This document shows positions 38,918-48,794 of a DNA stretch of 64,000 nucleotides, one piece after another. The translations under genes were made by a program, and so were the position numbers. Origin of the DNA: an uncultured Chlamydiae bacterium (GTDB lineage Bacteria > Chlamydiota > Chlamydiia > Chlamydiales > SM23-39). The stretch spans positions 1,312,001 to 1,376,000 of the forward strand of contig CAWHDP010000002.1 in NCBI GenBank assembly GCA_963828125.1, written 5' to 3'. The notes beneath the pieces were generated by a model, which saw only the letters and a list, made by a program, of their open reading frames with translations, had not been told where the DNA came from and made no database searches. How positions within the stretch are numbered: position 1 is the stretch's first letter; each line of letters opens with the position of its first letter.

Positions 38918-38919
38918 GA

Positions 38920-40110
38920 CTATTTTTTTAAGCGGCACCGAACGAAAGAAATGGAGCAAGGCCGCCCCGACATGGGGTACGTTTGGTTGCACGCGTCCAA
39001 CAGTTCTTTTGGCGAATGGATCGATAGGGTGCCTATGTTAGGATCAAAGAGAAAATATTGATCCCCATGAGCTTTGATGAAGGCGACAGCGTGCGGGTGA
39101 TAATCCTTCTCCGAAGTATTCGGAAGAATCTGTAGAGCGTAAGCGCCTTCAGCCAGTCCTTTCGTAAACTGTTCCAATGACTCATTCGAAAGATCTGGGC
39201 TGACTGTCCCCGCGTCATTCCCAGATAGTCCCATCATTTGCAGATACGTCGCATTGGCCGCCAACCAGTCTACTTCGGCCTTGAAGCTCTCTAGCGGACC
39301 TAATCGTTTGGGCTGCGGATAGCCTAACCTAACACGTATTGAATCGGAGATGAACCTCAAAACATAAAAGATAAGCAACAGCGGACAAAATATCGTCTGC
39401 ACGATCAGCTTGATCTTAAATATGAGCCATGTTTTGTTGATGATTCGAGTGATGGCTTTAGAATCTTGCGCAGCATGAAATATATGGGTTAACGCCGCAG
39501 TGTCAGGTGCGCCATTCGCATATAACGGGGCGATAGTCTGAACGGAGTCTAGCGGAGTTTTTCCCTCTTCAAGCTGCTTTAAGTAGCAAAAAATAAAATG
39601 GGCGCTCATCCCAGCGCACAATCCTTCCCTTCTATATCGGATTTTTTGTGGATCGATTTTGTAACCATACATCGGCTGCCACTTCAATCTCTGATTGATC
39701 GGTTCATTGCCATACGCCTTCCGCAGCGCGTCTAACTCAGAAACGGCTCGCAACGAAGGATCCACAGATTTTGTCGCTCTATTTAGGGAAAAATCTATCA
39801 GTTTATTTTTGTATTGCCGATGGATCGACAGTTTGTAAGATACGTGCAAGCGTTTAATGAAAAAGGCATCAGACACAGATTCATAATACTCGAATAATTT
39901 TGAATTGAATGGATAAAAAAAACTCGCAACATTCCTGTACCAATTGGATGCAACAAGAGAGGAACACCAGTCGGCTCTCAGCCGGCTCGCTTGAAATTTT
40001 TGCTTGCAAAAGGGAGTTACGGGCGACTGCTCTATGGCCCTCAGTTCTTGAACTGTTGAGCGGGTAAGATCTGTCGTGAACGTTATTGGCCGACGGTGAC
40101 ATACACTCAT
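38920..40110 (-). CDS. YopT/AvrPphB-like (C58) cysteine protease-domain protein
   Basis: GLCAGMS (Cys), HAVAFIK (His), FDPNIG (Asp) in C58 order. Confidence 0.7.
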   Translation of the reverse strand: MSVCHRRPITFTTDLTRSTVQELRAIEQSPVTPFCKQKFQASRLRADWCSSLVASNWYRNVASFFYPFNSKLFEYYESVSDAFFIKRLHVSYKLSIHRQYKNKLIDFSLNRATKSVDPSLRAVSELDALRKAYGNEPINQRLKWQPMYGYKIDPQKIRYRREGLCAGMSAHFIFCYLKQLEEGKTPLDSVQTIAPLYANGAPDTAALTHIFHAAQDSKAITRIINKTWLIFKIKLIVQTIFCPLLLIFYVLRFISDSIRVRLGYPQPKRLGPLESFKAEVDWLAANATYLQMMGLSGNDAGTVSPDLSNESLEQFTKGLAEGAYALQILPNTSEKDYHPHAVAFIKAHGDQYFLFDPNIGTLSIHSPKELLDACNQTYPMSGRPCSISFVRCRLKK

Positions 40111-40131
40111 AATAATCCACTTTTACAGGCA

Positions 40132-40980
40132 TTATAGCAGTTTTAGCATTGCACCGCTACCCAAAACTCCCTTAAATAAATCACCCTTCAAAGCCAAACG
40201 GCTAGGGATATTTTTAATAGTAAAATTTTTAGGATCTAGGCCATGCTTCACCTCATTCCAGGAGAGTGGCGTGGAGACGGGAGCCCCCTGGAATCCCCTC
40301 ACTGAGTAGGGGGCCGCAACAAGTTGCCCTTTGGAATTTTGCAAGGTGTCGATATACACTTTTCTCTGCCGTTTCTTCGGGTTCCTTTCGAGCGAGGTGA
40401 TCGAGGGGAGCCTTTGGTTTGTTTCACGGGCGATTTCCATGGCGGCGCTCCGCACCGTCTCATAACCGTATTTGGCTTTGAGCGGGACGAATATATGCAG
40501 TCCCGTGCCGCCCGATGTTTTGCAGAAATGAGCCATTTTTTTCCCTTCGAGGATCTCATGGATCATCAAGGCGGCGTCAACCACCGCATTGAAAGGGATC
40601 GCCTCCGGATCGAGGTCGAGGACCATATAGTCCGGCTTATCGATATGTTTCAAAGTCGAATTGAAGAGATGCAATTCGATCGATCCAAGATTCGCCGCGT
40701 AGAGGAGAGTCTTTACGTTTTGGACGATGATGTAGTGGACTGTCCGGTTCGCATGAGACACGGCGGCTGTTTTGACAAAATCGGGAACTTCTTTAACATC
40801 TTTTTGGTAGAACGCCTCGCCTTCGATCCCATCGGGAAATCGGTGCATGGCAAGAGGCCGGTTCTTCAAATAAGGGAGGATCGCCGGAGCCACTTGGGTG
40901 TAGTACTCAAGGAGATCTCCTTTGGTGATCTTTTCTTTGGGCCAATAGATTTTGTCTAAATTCGATAGTTTGAATTTCAC
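40132..40980 (-). CDS. LigD-type primase-polymerase (stand-alone POL domain)
   Basis: LSNLDK.YWP, RFPDGI, DLDP, KTSGG.GLH, APYSVR, VSTP..W.E. Confidence 0.9.
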   Translation of the reverse strand: MKFKLSNLDKIYWPKEKITKGDLLEYYTQVAPAILPYLKNRPLAMHRFPDGIEGEAFYQKDVKEVPDFVKTAAVSHANRTVHYIIVQNVKTLLYAANLGSIELHLFNSTLKHIDKPDYMVLDLDPEAIPFNAVVDAALMIHEILEGKKMAHFCKTSGGTGLHIFVPLKAKYGYETVRSAAMEIARETNQRLPSITSLERNPKKRQRKVYIDTLQNSKGQLVAAPYSVRGFQGAPVSTPLSWNEVKHGLDPKNFTIKNIPSRLALKGDLFKGVLGSGAMLKLL

Positions 40981-41906
40981 TCTCTCACCACCTTTTTTGC
41001 CGCTTTATCATAGCGCATCCCCTTAAAAATCGGATGACGGAGTTTTCCATCATCGGTCCATTCGGTGAATTCGACTTCGCAGACAAGTTTCGGCTTAACC
41101 CACGTGACTGCGGTATTGGGATGGGGTTCCTCAGCAAAGGGGCAGGCCGAACTCGCCACTTTCCGAAGACTGGCATGAATGTCGCTCAAAAGCTGCCGGT
41201 CGAACCCTCCTCCGACCCGCCCAATATATTGGAGCTTGCCTCTCCGGTAGACCCCGATCAGCAAAGCGCCGAATTTCTTCCGGGTCCCCTTAGGTTCGGT
41301 AAAACCGCCGATCACCACCTCTTGCCGCTGTTTCGTCTTGATCTTGAGCCAATCGTGTGAACGGCGGGACTGATACGGGCTCTCGGCCCTTTTTGCAATG
41401 ATCCCTTCAAGCCCTTTTTTTTCAGCTGCCTTAAAAAGCGCCCTCCCCCGCGTCGCCACATGCTGGCTAAATCGGATATATTTAGATCCAGAAATCAGCT
41501 TTTTAACGACCGTTTTCCGCTCTATAAGAGGCATACTCCTCAGATCCTTCCCATCCAGCATCAAGATGTCGAAAACGTAGTAATAGGGAGTGCCGATCTT
41601 TTTCTTGTAGTAGTTTTGGAGCTTCTGAAAATTCGATTTCCCCTCTTTGTCAAGAATCACAATCTCCCCATCTATGACAAAGGAGCCCTTGAGCCTGGAA
41701 AGTTCGGCGACTAAAGTGGGAAAGCGGGCGTTATACGATTTTTGGCCCCGCGAGAGGAGCCGAACGGCCCCGTTTTTCATGCCAAGGGCCCGGTATCCGT
41801 CCCATTTAATTTCAAAGATCCACCCCTTATCATCGAACGGTTCATCGACCAGGGTGGCAAGCATGGGGGAAACGGAGCGCATAGTGACCTCGCTTTTGAG
41901 ACGCAC
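40977..41906 (-). CDS. ligD: ATP-dependent DNA ligase, LigD ligase domain
   Basis: EIKWDGYR, DGEIV, FDIL, EGIIAK, WLKIK, LRHP.F.G.R.DK. Confidence 0.9.
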   Translation of the reverse strand: MRLKSEVTMRSVSPMLATLVDEPFDDKGWIFEIKWDGYRALGMKNGAVRLLSRGQKSYNARFPTLVAELSRLKGSFVIDGEIVILDKEGKSNFQKLQNYYKKKIGTPYYYVFDILMLDGKDLRSMPLIERKTVVKKLISGSKYIRFSQHVATRGRALFKAAEKKGLEGIIAKRAESPYQSRRSHDWLKIKTKQRQEVVIGGFTEPKGTRKKFGALLIGVYRRGKLQYIGRVGGGFDRQLLSDIHASLRKVASSACPFAEEPHPNTAVTWVKPKLVCEVEFTEWTDDGKLRHPIFKGMRYDKAAKKVVRE

Positions 41907-41931
41907 TATGCGCTATGTAAAAAGGAGCAGC

Positions 41932-42717
41932 TTAGGCGGCAGCCGCTGCAGCGTTTAACGCATTAGCAGTCTTTAATTGTTTAATAAGCTCTGCCAGCAA
42001 TATCCGCAACTCGGCGTCTCCGTCCTTCTCGATGGTGACCGCCAGATCTCCCTTTTCGTCTTGGGTCTTGGATACTTGCGTCCCTTCTGGAGCAACCACG
42101 TTGATATTTACGGTGTTATGGTTGTTATTTGTCTGAACAACGCCCGGATTGGGTCTGACCTGCCTATACAGGCCATACAAGGCCAATGCACTCAAAGCTA
42201 CGGCTGCGACTTGGTACTGGCTGGGCACGAAATCAAGCGCAGATTGGGCGGCCCCGCTGACGGCTTCGGCGGCGCTCGTTCCGGCACTTTTTACAGCATC
42301 GATCCAAGCTTTTACTGCGGACATAAAACCGTTCAATATCGCTGTCCCAAATGGAGTTGTGCTGGCAGCAACCGCTGGGGCTGGCAGTCCGAGGAGAGGG
42401 GTTGCCATTGCGGCCGGACACATACCTTCAACAACTGCTTGGCTCTCTGCAGGGACAAGCAGAGAAAATAAACGGCTGCCCAACTCTGTCGCTCGCATGA
42501 GAGCGATCCCACCGGCTGTATCTGCCGCTTCACGGACGCCGGACGAATCAACAAAATTTGGATTGATTAAGATCCCGTCAGCGGCGTCATTGACTGTTTT
42601 TGTCTGAGGGGTAGCGCCTGCGCAAAGCCGAGATACCAAACTACGCCCAGCGCCTACAGCAGCCAAAGCCGCCGTACCAAAGATGAAATAGTCCACAGAA
42701 TTTTTTACCATGCTCAT
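41932..42717 (-). CDS. Ala-rich hypothetical membrane-associated protein
   Basis: AAGGAG RBS; hydrophobic stretches near the N-terminus and around residues 170-185. Confidence 0.55.
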   Translation of the reverse strand: MSMVKNSVDYFIFGTAALAAVGAGRSLVSRLCAGATPQTKTVNDAADGILINPNFVDSSGVREAADTAGGIALMRATELGSRLFSLLVPAESQAVVEGMCPAAMATPLLGLPAPAVAASTTPFGTAILNGFMSAVKAWIDAVKSAGTSAAEAVSGAAQSALDFVPSQYQVAAVALSALALYGLYRQVRPNPGVVQTNNNHNTVNINVVAPEGTQVSKTQDEKGDLAVTIEKDGDAELRILLAELIKQLKTANALNAAAAAA

Positions 42718-42763
42718 TCGATTTCTCCTTTTTACACATCTTGATTTTCAATAGGGGTCCGGA

Positions 42764-43771
42764 TTATGCCTGAAGATTCAACGGAGTACAAGATCTAGAT
42801 AAATTTTGAAAATACCACCGAATTGTCCGCATTAACCCATCTTTCAAAGAAACAATGGGTTTCCAGCCCAATTCAAATTCTATTTTAGAAATATCGAGCC
42901 CATAGCGGAAGTCGTGGCCGGGCCGGTCTTCTACAAACCGGATCAACTTCCGGTAGTCTCCGGGTCTTTCTATTTGAATCAAATCGATCAACAAATGGAG
43001 CAATTCTAAATTGGAGAGTTCCCCTTTTCCGCCAACGTCGTAGGTCTCCCCTTTTTTCCCATAGCGGAGGATGCGCCAAATGGCCTCGGCATGGTCATCG
43101 ACGTAGAGCCAGTCGCGGACATTGGCCCCTCTGCCGTAGACGGGGAGCGGTCTCTTTTCAAAGCAGCGGTGGATCATGAGAGGAATGAATTTTTCGGGGT
43201 GCTGGCCGGGCCCATAGTTGTTGCTCGAGTGGGAGAGGGTCGTGGAGAGGCCGTAAGTTTGGGCAAAGGCGCGGACGAGGTGGTCGGAGGCGGCCTTGGA
43301 GGCTGCATAGGGAGAGTTAGGGCGGTAAGGAGAGTGTTCGTTGAAGAGGCCGCTCTCGCCGAGGGAGCCATAGACCTCGTCGGTGGATACATGATGAAAA
43401 TGGATATGGGGCATAGAGCGGACCGCCTCAAGAAGGGAGAGGGTCCCTTTGACGTTCGTTTCGATGAAAGGGAGGGCAGAAGCGATGCTCCGATCGACAT
43501 GGGTCTCGGCGGCGAAGTGGACGAGGGCGTCGATTTCGCACTCCAGGAGGAGTTTCTCAACGAGCTGCTGGTTCAAAATATCTCCCTGTACAAAGCGGTA
43601 TCTTGGATGGTCGTGGAAGCCATTTAGGAGAGAGAGATTGCCGGCATAGGTCAGGGCGTCGAAATTGAGGATCCGTCCGCGAAAATCGGCCTCTCGAAGA
43701 AGATGGCGAATGAAGGCGGAACCGATGAATCCGGCGCCGCCGGTTACAAGTAGATTGGCAGTTGTTCGCAT
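42764..43771 (-). CDS. rfbB: dTDP-glucose 4,6-dehydratase
   Basis: TGGAGFIGS, AAETHVDRSI, STDEVYG, Y.ASK, DRPGHD.RY. Start ATG 43771. Confidence 0.95.
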   Translation of the reverse strand: MRTTANLLVTGGAGFIGSAFIRHLLREADFRGRILNFDALTYAGNLSLLNGFHDHPRYRFVQGDILNQQLVEKLLLECEIDALVHFAAETHVDRSIASALPFIETNVKGTLSLLEAVRSMPHIHFHHVSTDEVYGSLGESGLFNEHSPYRPNSPYAASKAASDHLVRAFAQTYGLSTTLSHSSNNYGPGQHPEKFIPLMIHRCFEKRPLPVYGRGANVRDWLYVDDHAEAIWRILRYGKKGETYDVGGKGELSNLELLHLLIDLIQIERPGDYRKLIRFVEDRPGHDFRYGLDISKIEFELGWKPIVSLKDGLMRTIRWYFQNLSRSCTPLNLQA

Positions 43772-44580
43772 AAAAAGTCCTTGAGGCTTAAGCGCCAATG
43801 GCGGATGGATACGAATGGCTCGATTTTGGCCGTGTCGAATGCGGAGTAGGCGGGCCGCTGGCAAGGGGCGGGGAAGGCGTTGCTTGGAACCGCAATGATG
43901 GCCTCGGCTCTGATCGGATAGCCCAAGAGAAGCGCCTCTTCCCTCATCGCAAGGCCAAATTCATACTTTGTGGCAACGCCCGCATTGGCGTATTGATAGA
44001 GTCCAGTCTGATCCAACATTTGCAAAATCGCATCGGCCAAATCGGGGGCATAGGTGAATCGGCTCCATTGATCGTCGGTGAGTCGAATCTCTTTTTGGGT
44101 TTGGAGCGTCTTGAGCAAATTCGAGACGAAATTCTTCCCGCCGCTCCCAAAAATCCACGAAGCGCGGATGACGCAGGCTGAGCGGGCAAGAGCCCTTTTT
44201 TCCCCTTCGAGTTTTGTCAATCCGTAATAGTTGCACGGGAGGGCCGGATCTTTTTCGCTGAGAGGCCGTCGCAACGGGCCCGAGAAGACGTAATCGGTCG
44301 AAATGTGGATCAGTTTGGCCCCCTGTTCGCTGGCAGAGATCGCCAAATTCTCAGGTCCGATCGCATTGGCCCGATACGCCTCTTCTTTAGCCTGTTCCGC
44401 CGCATCCACCGCTGAGAAACCAGCGCAATTGACGATATGGGTGATCCCTCGATTTTTCTTTAAAAATGCGCGCACCGCCGCTAAATCCCCAATATCGACC
44501 TCTCTCCCCGTCTTGAATCCTTCGCTCTTTGCGGAGAGGGCAGAACCTAATAATCCCCGGCTACCGGTGATCCAGAGCAT
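43744..44580 (-). CDS. rfbD: dTDP-4-dehydrorhamnose reductase
   Basis: TGSRGLLG, ISTDYVF, YG.TKL.GE, RPAYS. Start ATG 44580. Confidence 0.92.
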   Translation of the reverse strand: MLWITGSRGLLGSALSAKSEGFKTGREVDIGDLAAVRAFLKKNRGITHIVNCAGFSAVDAAEQAKEEAYRANAIGPENLAISASEQGAKLIHISTDYVFSGPLRRPLSEKDPALPCNYYGLTKLEGEKRALARSACVIRASWIFGSGGKNFVSNLLKTLQTQKEIRLTDDQWSRFTYAPDLADAILQMLDQTGLYQYANAGVATKYEFGLAMREEALLLGYPIRAEAIIAVPSNAFPAPCQRPAYSAFDTAKIEPFVSIRHWRLSLKDFLCEQLPIYL

Positions 44581-45106
44581 AGCGCACCTCCTGGAAAAAC
44601 GGACTCGTTTGGTCGCGAGGCGAGAGGATCGGATTCTTGATAGGCCAGGCAATGTTAAAATCGGGGTCGTTCCAACGGATCGAGCGCTCGGTTTTCGGAT
44701 CGTAGGGCGTGCTCATTTTATAATGGACGCGGGCCGTCTCGCTTAAAACGCAAAATCCATGGGCAAACCCCTGCGGGATATAGAACTGTTTATGGCTTGG
44801 CGCGTCAAGAACGACCCCCTCCCATTGCATAAAAGTCGGCGAATCTTCCCTTAAGTCGACGGCGACGTCAAAAATCTCTCCTTGGACGCAGCTAATGAGC
44901 TTGGCCTGACCGGGTGCGGCCTGAAAATGGAGGGCGCGGATCGTCCCTCGCCAAGAAAAAGAGACGTTGTCCTGCACGAAAGGGCCGACGCCCCGCTCGA
45001 GATAGAGCGGCTCGCGGTAACCCTCAAAGACAAAGCCCCTCTCGTCGTAAAACACGTCGGGGGTAATGAGTTGAAGTCCGCTGATCTTTAAGCCGGTCCA
45101 TTGCAT
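44561..45106 (-). CDS. rfbC: dTDP-4-dehydrorhamnose 3,5-epimerase
   Basis: DERG, QDN.S, LHFQ, DVAVDLR.DSPT, GFAHGF. Confidence 0.93.
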   Translation of the reverse strand: MQWTGLKISGLQLITPDVFYDERGFVFEGYREPLYLERGVGPFVQDNVSFSWRGTIRALHFQAAPGQAKLISCVQGEIFDVAVDLREDSPTFMQWEGVVLDAPSHKQFYIPQGFAHGFCVLSETARVHYKMSTPYDPKTERSIRWNDPDFNIAWPIKNPILSPRDQTSPFFQEVRYALDHR

Positions 45107-45127
45107 GCAGGGCTATTTTCCCAGGAA

Positions 45128-45880
45128 TCACCCTTTCAATGCAATGACTGTTCCGTGGCGCCCTGTATCTTTCTCTCTCCGGTGGGAGAAATAATCTTTC
45201 GGATTGCAATAGGTGCAAGTCTCGGTAATCTCGATATTTTTATCGAGAATCCCCATGGCGCTCAACTGTTTTCGGCTGATTGCCCAAAGGTCGAAATAAT
45301 TGGGCTTGACTTGGAAGGGCCAAAAATCTTGAGGGAATTCTTGTTTGTAATTTTTGAACTCGGCGTGATCGGGCCCGAGCGACGGGGAGATACAGACAAG
45401 GAGGTTTTGCGGTTGAGTCCCGATATCGCGCTGCATCGCTTCGAGGGTGCGGGCATAGATGTTCTGCGCCAGACCGCGCCATCCAGCGTGGACGACGGCG
45501 ATCGCTTCATGAACCGGATCATAGAAAATGGCGGCCTGACAATCGGCGTGGGTCACGCCGATCGCAAGATTTTTTTCCGTGGTGAAGAGAGCGTCGGCTT
45601 GAAACGTTTTATCGAGATTTTTCGGGGTGACCCGCTGGACGTTCATTCCATGGGTCTGGTGAGGGAACACTAATTTGGGCACATCGAGCGCCTTCCGAAC
45701 CAGTTCCCGGTTCGTTTTGTAGTGATCGGGATGATCGCTCGTCCCATCGCCTAGATTCAATGTTCCACAATTTCCTTTGCTGGCTCCGCCATGCCGCAAG
45801 AATACGCCATGCGCGATATGCGGAAAGGGTTCCAAGAGATCAAATTCCAGCCATTCCATTTTTGCTCGATCAAATTCCAT
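45128..45880 (-). CDS. pgeF: PgeF/YfiH (laccase-domain) protein
   Basis: Q.HG, ADC, HAGWRG, CT.C....FS.RR...GR. Confidence 0.9.
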   Translation of the reverse strand: MEFDRAKMEWLEFDLLEPFPHIAHGVFLRHGGASKGNCGTLNLGDGTSDHPDHYKTNRELVRKALDVPKLVFPHQTHGMNVQRVTPKNLDKTFQADALFTTEKNLAIGVTHADCQAAIFYDPVHEAIAVVHAGWRGLAQNIYARTLEAMQRDIGTQPQNLLVCISPSLGPDHAEFKNYKQEFPQDFWPFQVKPNYFDLWAISRKQLSAMGILDKNIEITETCTYCNPKDYFSHRREKDTGRHGTVIALKG

Positions 45881-45938
45881 ACGACACCTCTCTTACCCTA
45901 TCTACCAAATTCGGAATTGAGTTAACATAAAAATCGGT

Positions 45939-46862
45939 ATGAAAGAAGAGCAAACCCCTCCCCGCATGGCGCTCGGCATCGCCCTTTGTCTTCTGGCCTA
46001 TGTCTTTTTTGTGACGGCCAGTTCGCTCGTTTGGAGTTTTAAAACGACTTTCCCCACGATCCAGATTATTTTTTTTCAAAATTTCGTCAGCCTCCTCTGC
46101 ATCTTGCCGCTCGCCCTTCGAAAAGGGGTGAAGCGGCTGAAGACCTCTTTTTTCCCCATCCATCTACTGAGAGACCTATCGGGCGTCCTGAGCTACTACC
46201 TCTACTTTGTCGCGATCCGCTACCTCGATTTAACCGATGCGACAACACTCAATTACACGGCCCCGTTTTTTGTGCCGATCGTTTGGTGGATCTGGATGCG
46301 GGAAAGAATTGGACTCCACATCTGGTGGTCGATCATCGTCGGCTTTATCGGCGTGGCCGTCATTTTGAACCCAACCAAGCAAATTTTTCAAGAAGGATTT
46401 ACATTCGGCCTCTGTGCGGGAATTTGTTCTGCGATCGCATTCACCGCCCTCCGGGTGCTCAATTTAAAAAGAGAGCCGATGAGCCGAACCCTTTTCCTCT
46501 ATTTTCTCTTCGGCGCCGTGATCAGCGCCCCCTTTGCCGCCATTTATTGGGTTCACCCAAGCGGGCTCCAATGGCTAAAGGTTGTCTGCGTAGGCCTTGC
46601 AACAGTGGTCGCACAAATGCTCCTCACCGTCGCCTACCGTTTTGGGACCGCGTCGTTTCTCTCCCCGCTCGGATACTCGACAGTCATCTACGCAGGCTTG
46701 AGCAGTTGGCTTTTGTTCCATATCCCCCTCGGATTCCGCTCGATTCTAGGGACTGTCCTCATCGTCATTGGGGGGACGTTGACCTATATTTTAAAGAAAA
46801 AGCCTGAAAAGCTCTCCGAAACATTCGAAATCCCCGAGCCCAAAGAGAAGCCCCCGCTTTAG
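45939..46862 (+). CDS. DMT/EamA family transporter
   Basis: About 10 TM segments; A..LNYTAPFF, GF.GV..IL.P. Confidence 0.85.
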   Translation: MKEEQTPPRMALGIALCLLAYVFFVTASSLVWSFKTTFPTIQIIFFQNFVSLLCILPLALRKGVKRLKTSFFPIHLLRDLSGVLSYYLYFVAIRYLDLTDATTLNYTAPFFVPIVWWIWMRERIGLHIWWSIIVGFIGVAVILNPTKQIFQEGFTFGLCAGICSAIAFTALRVLNLKREPMSRTLFLYFLFGAVISAPFAAIYWVHPSGLQWLKVVCVGLATVVAQMLLTVAYRFGTASFLSPLGYSTVIYAGLSSWLLFHIPLGFRSILGTVLIVIGGTLTYILKKKPEKLSETFEIPEPKEKPPL

Positions 46863-46866
46863 CCCG

Positions 46867-47109
46867 TTAACGAGGACGCTCTTTTTCGGCCTCGATCGCC
46901 CTCTTGGCTGCGCTTTTCATACCCGTTTCGTCGCTGCTCTCCATCGACCGCTTGGCCGCCCCTTTCCGCTCAGCTTTTTCCTTATGCATCTGCACCTCAT
47001 TGACAACGCACGGCTGAGCCGGCACAACATGCACCTCTTTCCGCGGAGACTGGCCAGACATACAGATTACAGCTAAACCGCCCCATATCGCTAACTTGCA
47101 CATAGACAC
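46867..47109 (-). CDS. Small hypothetical protein with hydrophobic N-terminus
   Basis: 80-aa ORF between the DMT gene and speD. Confidence 0.35.
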   Translation of the reverse strand: MSMCKLAIWGGLAVICMSGQSPRKEVHVVPAQPCVVNEVQMHKEKAERKGAAKRSMESSDETGMKSAAKRAIEAEKERPR

Positions 47110-47191
47110 CTCTTCCCTTCATCCGCACCCTACTCATCCTCTCCTCAAATTTCAATACAATTTTAAACGAAAACCTGGTAATCTCCCACTC

Positions 47192-47623
47192 ATGAATCGG
47201 ATTTTTCTCATCATTCTCTCTGTGACGACCTCCCTTCTTTACGCTGAAGATTTCAGCTTTCGAGGAAAGCACTTCGTCGCAAGCTACATGGATTGCGACA
47301 TCAGAGCTTTAACCGATCTCGATAGTCTCATCCGCGCCATGGATGGCGCAGTCCGCGCATCAGGAGCCACGATCCTCGATCAAACTCCCTATGTTTTTCC
47401 GCCCAATGGCCTCACCATCGTCTACCTTTTGTCTGAAAGTCACGCGAGCCTCCACACTTACCCCGAGCATGGCGCCTGCTTTGTCGACCTGTTCACTTGC
47501 GGCGATCTCTGCTCACCGGAACGTTTTGACGAGGCCCTCCGGAATTACCTACAGCCAAAAACCGTGAATGCGCGTCTTTTTTTGCGCGCTGACGAAGTCC
47601 AAGAGATTGTCCATTCTCCATGA
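47192..47623 (+). CDS. speD: S-adenosylmethionine decarboxylase proenzyme family (class 1B), with signal-like N-terminus
   Basis: GKH, F.PNG.T, LSESHASLHTYPE (pyruvoyl cleavage site), DLFTCG. Probable start ATG 47192. Confidence 0.85.
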   Translation: MNRIFLIILSVTTSLLYAEDFSFRGKHFVASYMDCDIRALTDLDSLIRAMDGAVRASGATILDQTPYVFPPNGLTIVYLLSESHASLHTYPEHGACFVDLFTCGDLCSPERFDEALRNYLQPKTVNARLFLRADEVQEIVHSP

Positions 47624-48546
47624 AAAAATTCTCTATCCTCCTTTTATTAGCCCTCCTATCGGCCCTTTCCGGGGAGCTGTTGTACTATCTGAAGGACGGC
47701 TTTAGCGCAAGGCGAGTGCAAAGCTTGCCCTATCCAGTGGCAGAAGGGTGGGACACGGATGCTGGAGGAGCGCTCGAACAGCCCTTTCGCTATATCGGAC
47801 GGGGCAGGCAGTGCTTTGCCTTCAGTAGCGCTGACAGGAAATACGTCCTCAAACTCCCTCGCACAGACATCTACAAAACCCCATTTTGGGTTCGCTCGCT
47901 GCCCCTCCCCTCTTATCGGGCCCGCCTGGAAGCAGACCACCTCGAAAGGGAGACATTTATTCTCAACAGCTTCCAACTCTCGGCAAGCGAACTCAAGCGC
48001 CAGACAGCTCTTATAGCCCTCCACCTCGGCCAGAGCGCCCCCAGCGGCAAGGAGCTCACCCTGATCGACGCCCTCGGCTGCACCCACCGGTTCCCCCTCC
48101 ACAAAACCCCCTTCATCCTCCAACTCAAACAACCCATTTTGATGCAATCATTTCAAACCGCTCTTGCCAAAGGAGATCAGAAAGAGGCCGAGCGGATCCT
48201 CGACGCTCTTCTCGCAGTCATTGTTGAAAGGGCAAGCCAAGGGATCCTCAATCGAGACCGCTCCTTTCTCCGCAACTATGGTTACGATGGGCAAACGGCC
48301 TACCAAATCGACGTCGGCAGTTTCTTCCGGAAACCCGATTTGACCCCCTCCGACGCCTACGAAAAATCGATCCGCGATTCGACAGACCCCATCCTCGAAT
48401 GGCTCGCCCAAAACGCCCCACACATGCGCGATTATTTCAGCGCGGCGGTTCAAGAAAACGGACTGTCTCTGAAGCAGAGAGCAAAAACGGGCTCATGGCC
48501 AACAAAACCTGGCCACCGCTCCCATCGCAGTACCCCCGACTCCTAA
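47620..48546 (+). CDS. Protein-kinase-like fold hypothetical protein with N-terminal signal/anchor
   Basis: YIGRGRQC (Gly loop), YVLK (Lys), NRD....RNYG (catalytic-loop-like), IDVG (DFG-like). Confidence 0.55.
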   Translation: MKKFSILLLLALLSALSGELLYYLKDGFSARRVQSLPYPVAEGWDTDAGGALEQPFRYIGRGRQCFAFSSADRKYVLKLPRTDIYKTPFWVRSLPLPSYRARLEADHLERETFILNSFQLSASELKRQTALIALHLGQSAPSGKELTLIDALGCTHRFPLHKTPFILQLKQPILMQSFQTALAKGDQKEAERILDALLAVIVERASQGILNRDRSFLRNYGYDGQTAYQIDVGSFFRKPDLTPSDAYEKSIRDSTDPILEWLAQNAPHMRDYFSAAVQENGLSLKQRAKTGSWPTKPGHRSHRSTPDS

Positions 48547-48762
48547 GACGACTGCAAGCATAATGTTATCGGAGCGGTCTTCCTCCGATTTCGCCGCAGA
48601 AATGGCAAAGAAAATCGAAGCGGCATAGCAAGCAATCACCGAAACCCTAAGAGCCCAGACACGAAAGCAATCCGCACGCGCAGGGCAGAGCCACTGGCCT
48701 AACAAAGATCGGTTCGATGACAAGAAGGGCTGATTAACAGGCTCGATCAAGTCGAATATCAT
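48493..48762 (-). CDS. Small hypothetical membrane protein
   Basis: Two hydrophobic segments; RBS-like AAGGA upstream. Confidence 0.4.
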   Translation of the reverse strand: MIFDLIEPVNQPFLSSNRSLLGQWLCPARADCFRVWALRVSVIACYAASIFFAISAAKSEEDRSDNIMLAVVLGVGGTAMGAVARFCWP

Positions 48763-48794
48763 ATTTGCATCCTTTATAGTTTTTTTTCAATGCA

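Noticed and set aside
42764..45106. rmlBCD without rmlA as an anomaly
   Set aside because: rmlA is often encoded elsewhere; this cannot be judged from one window.
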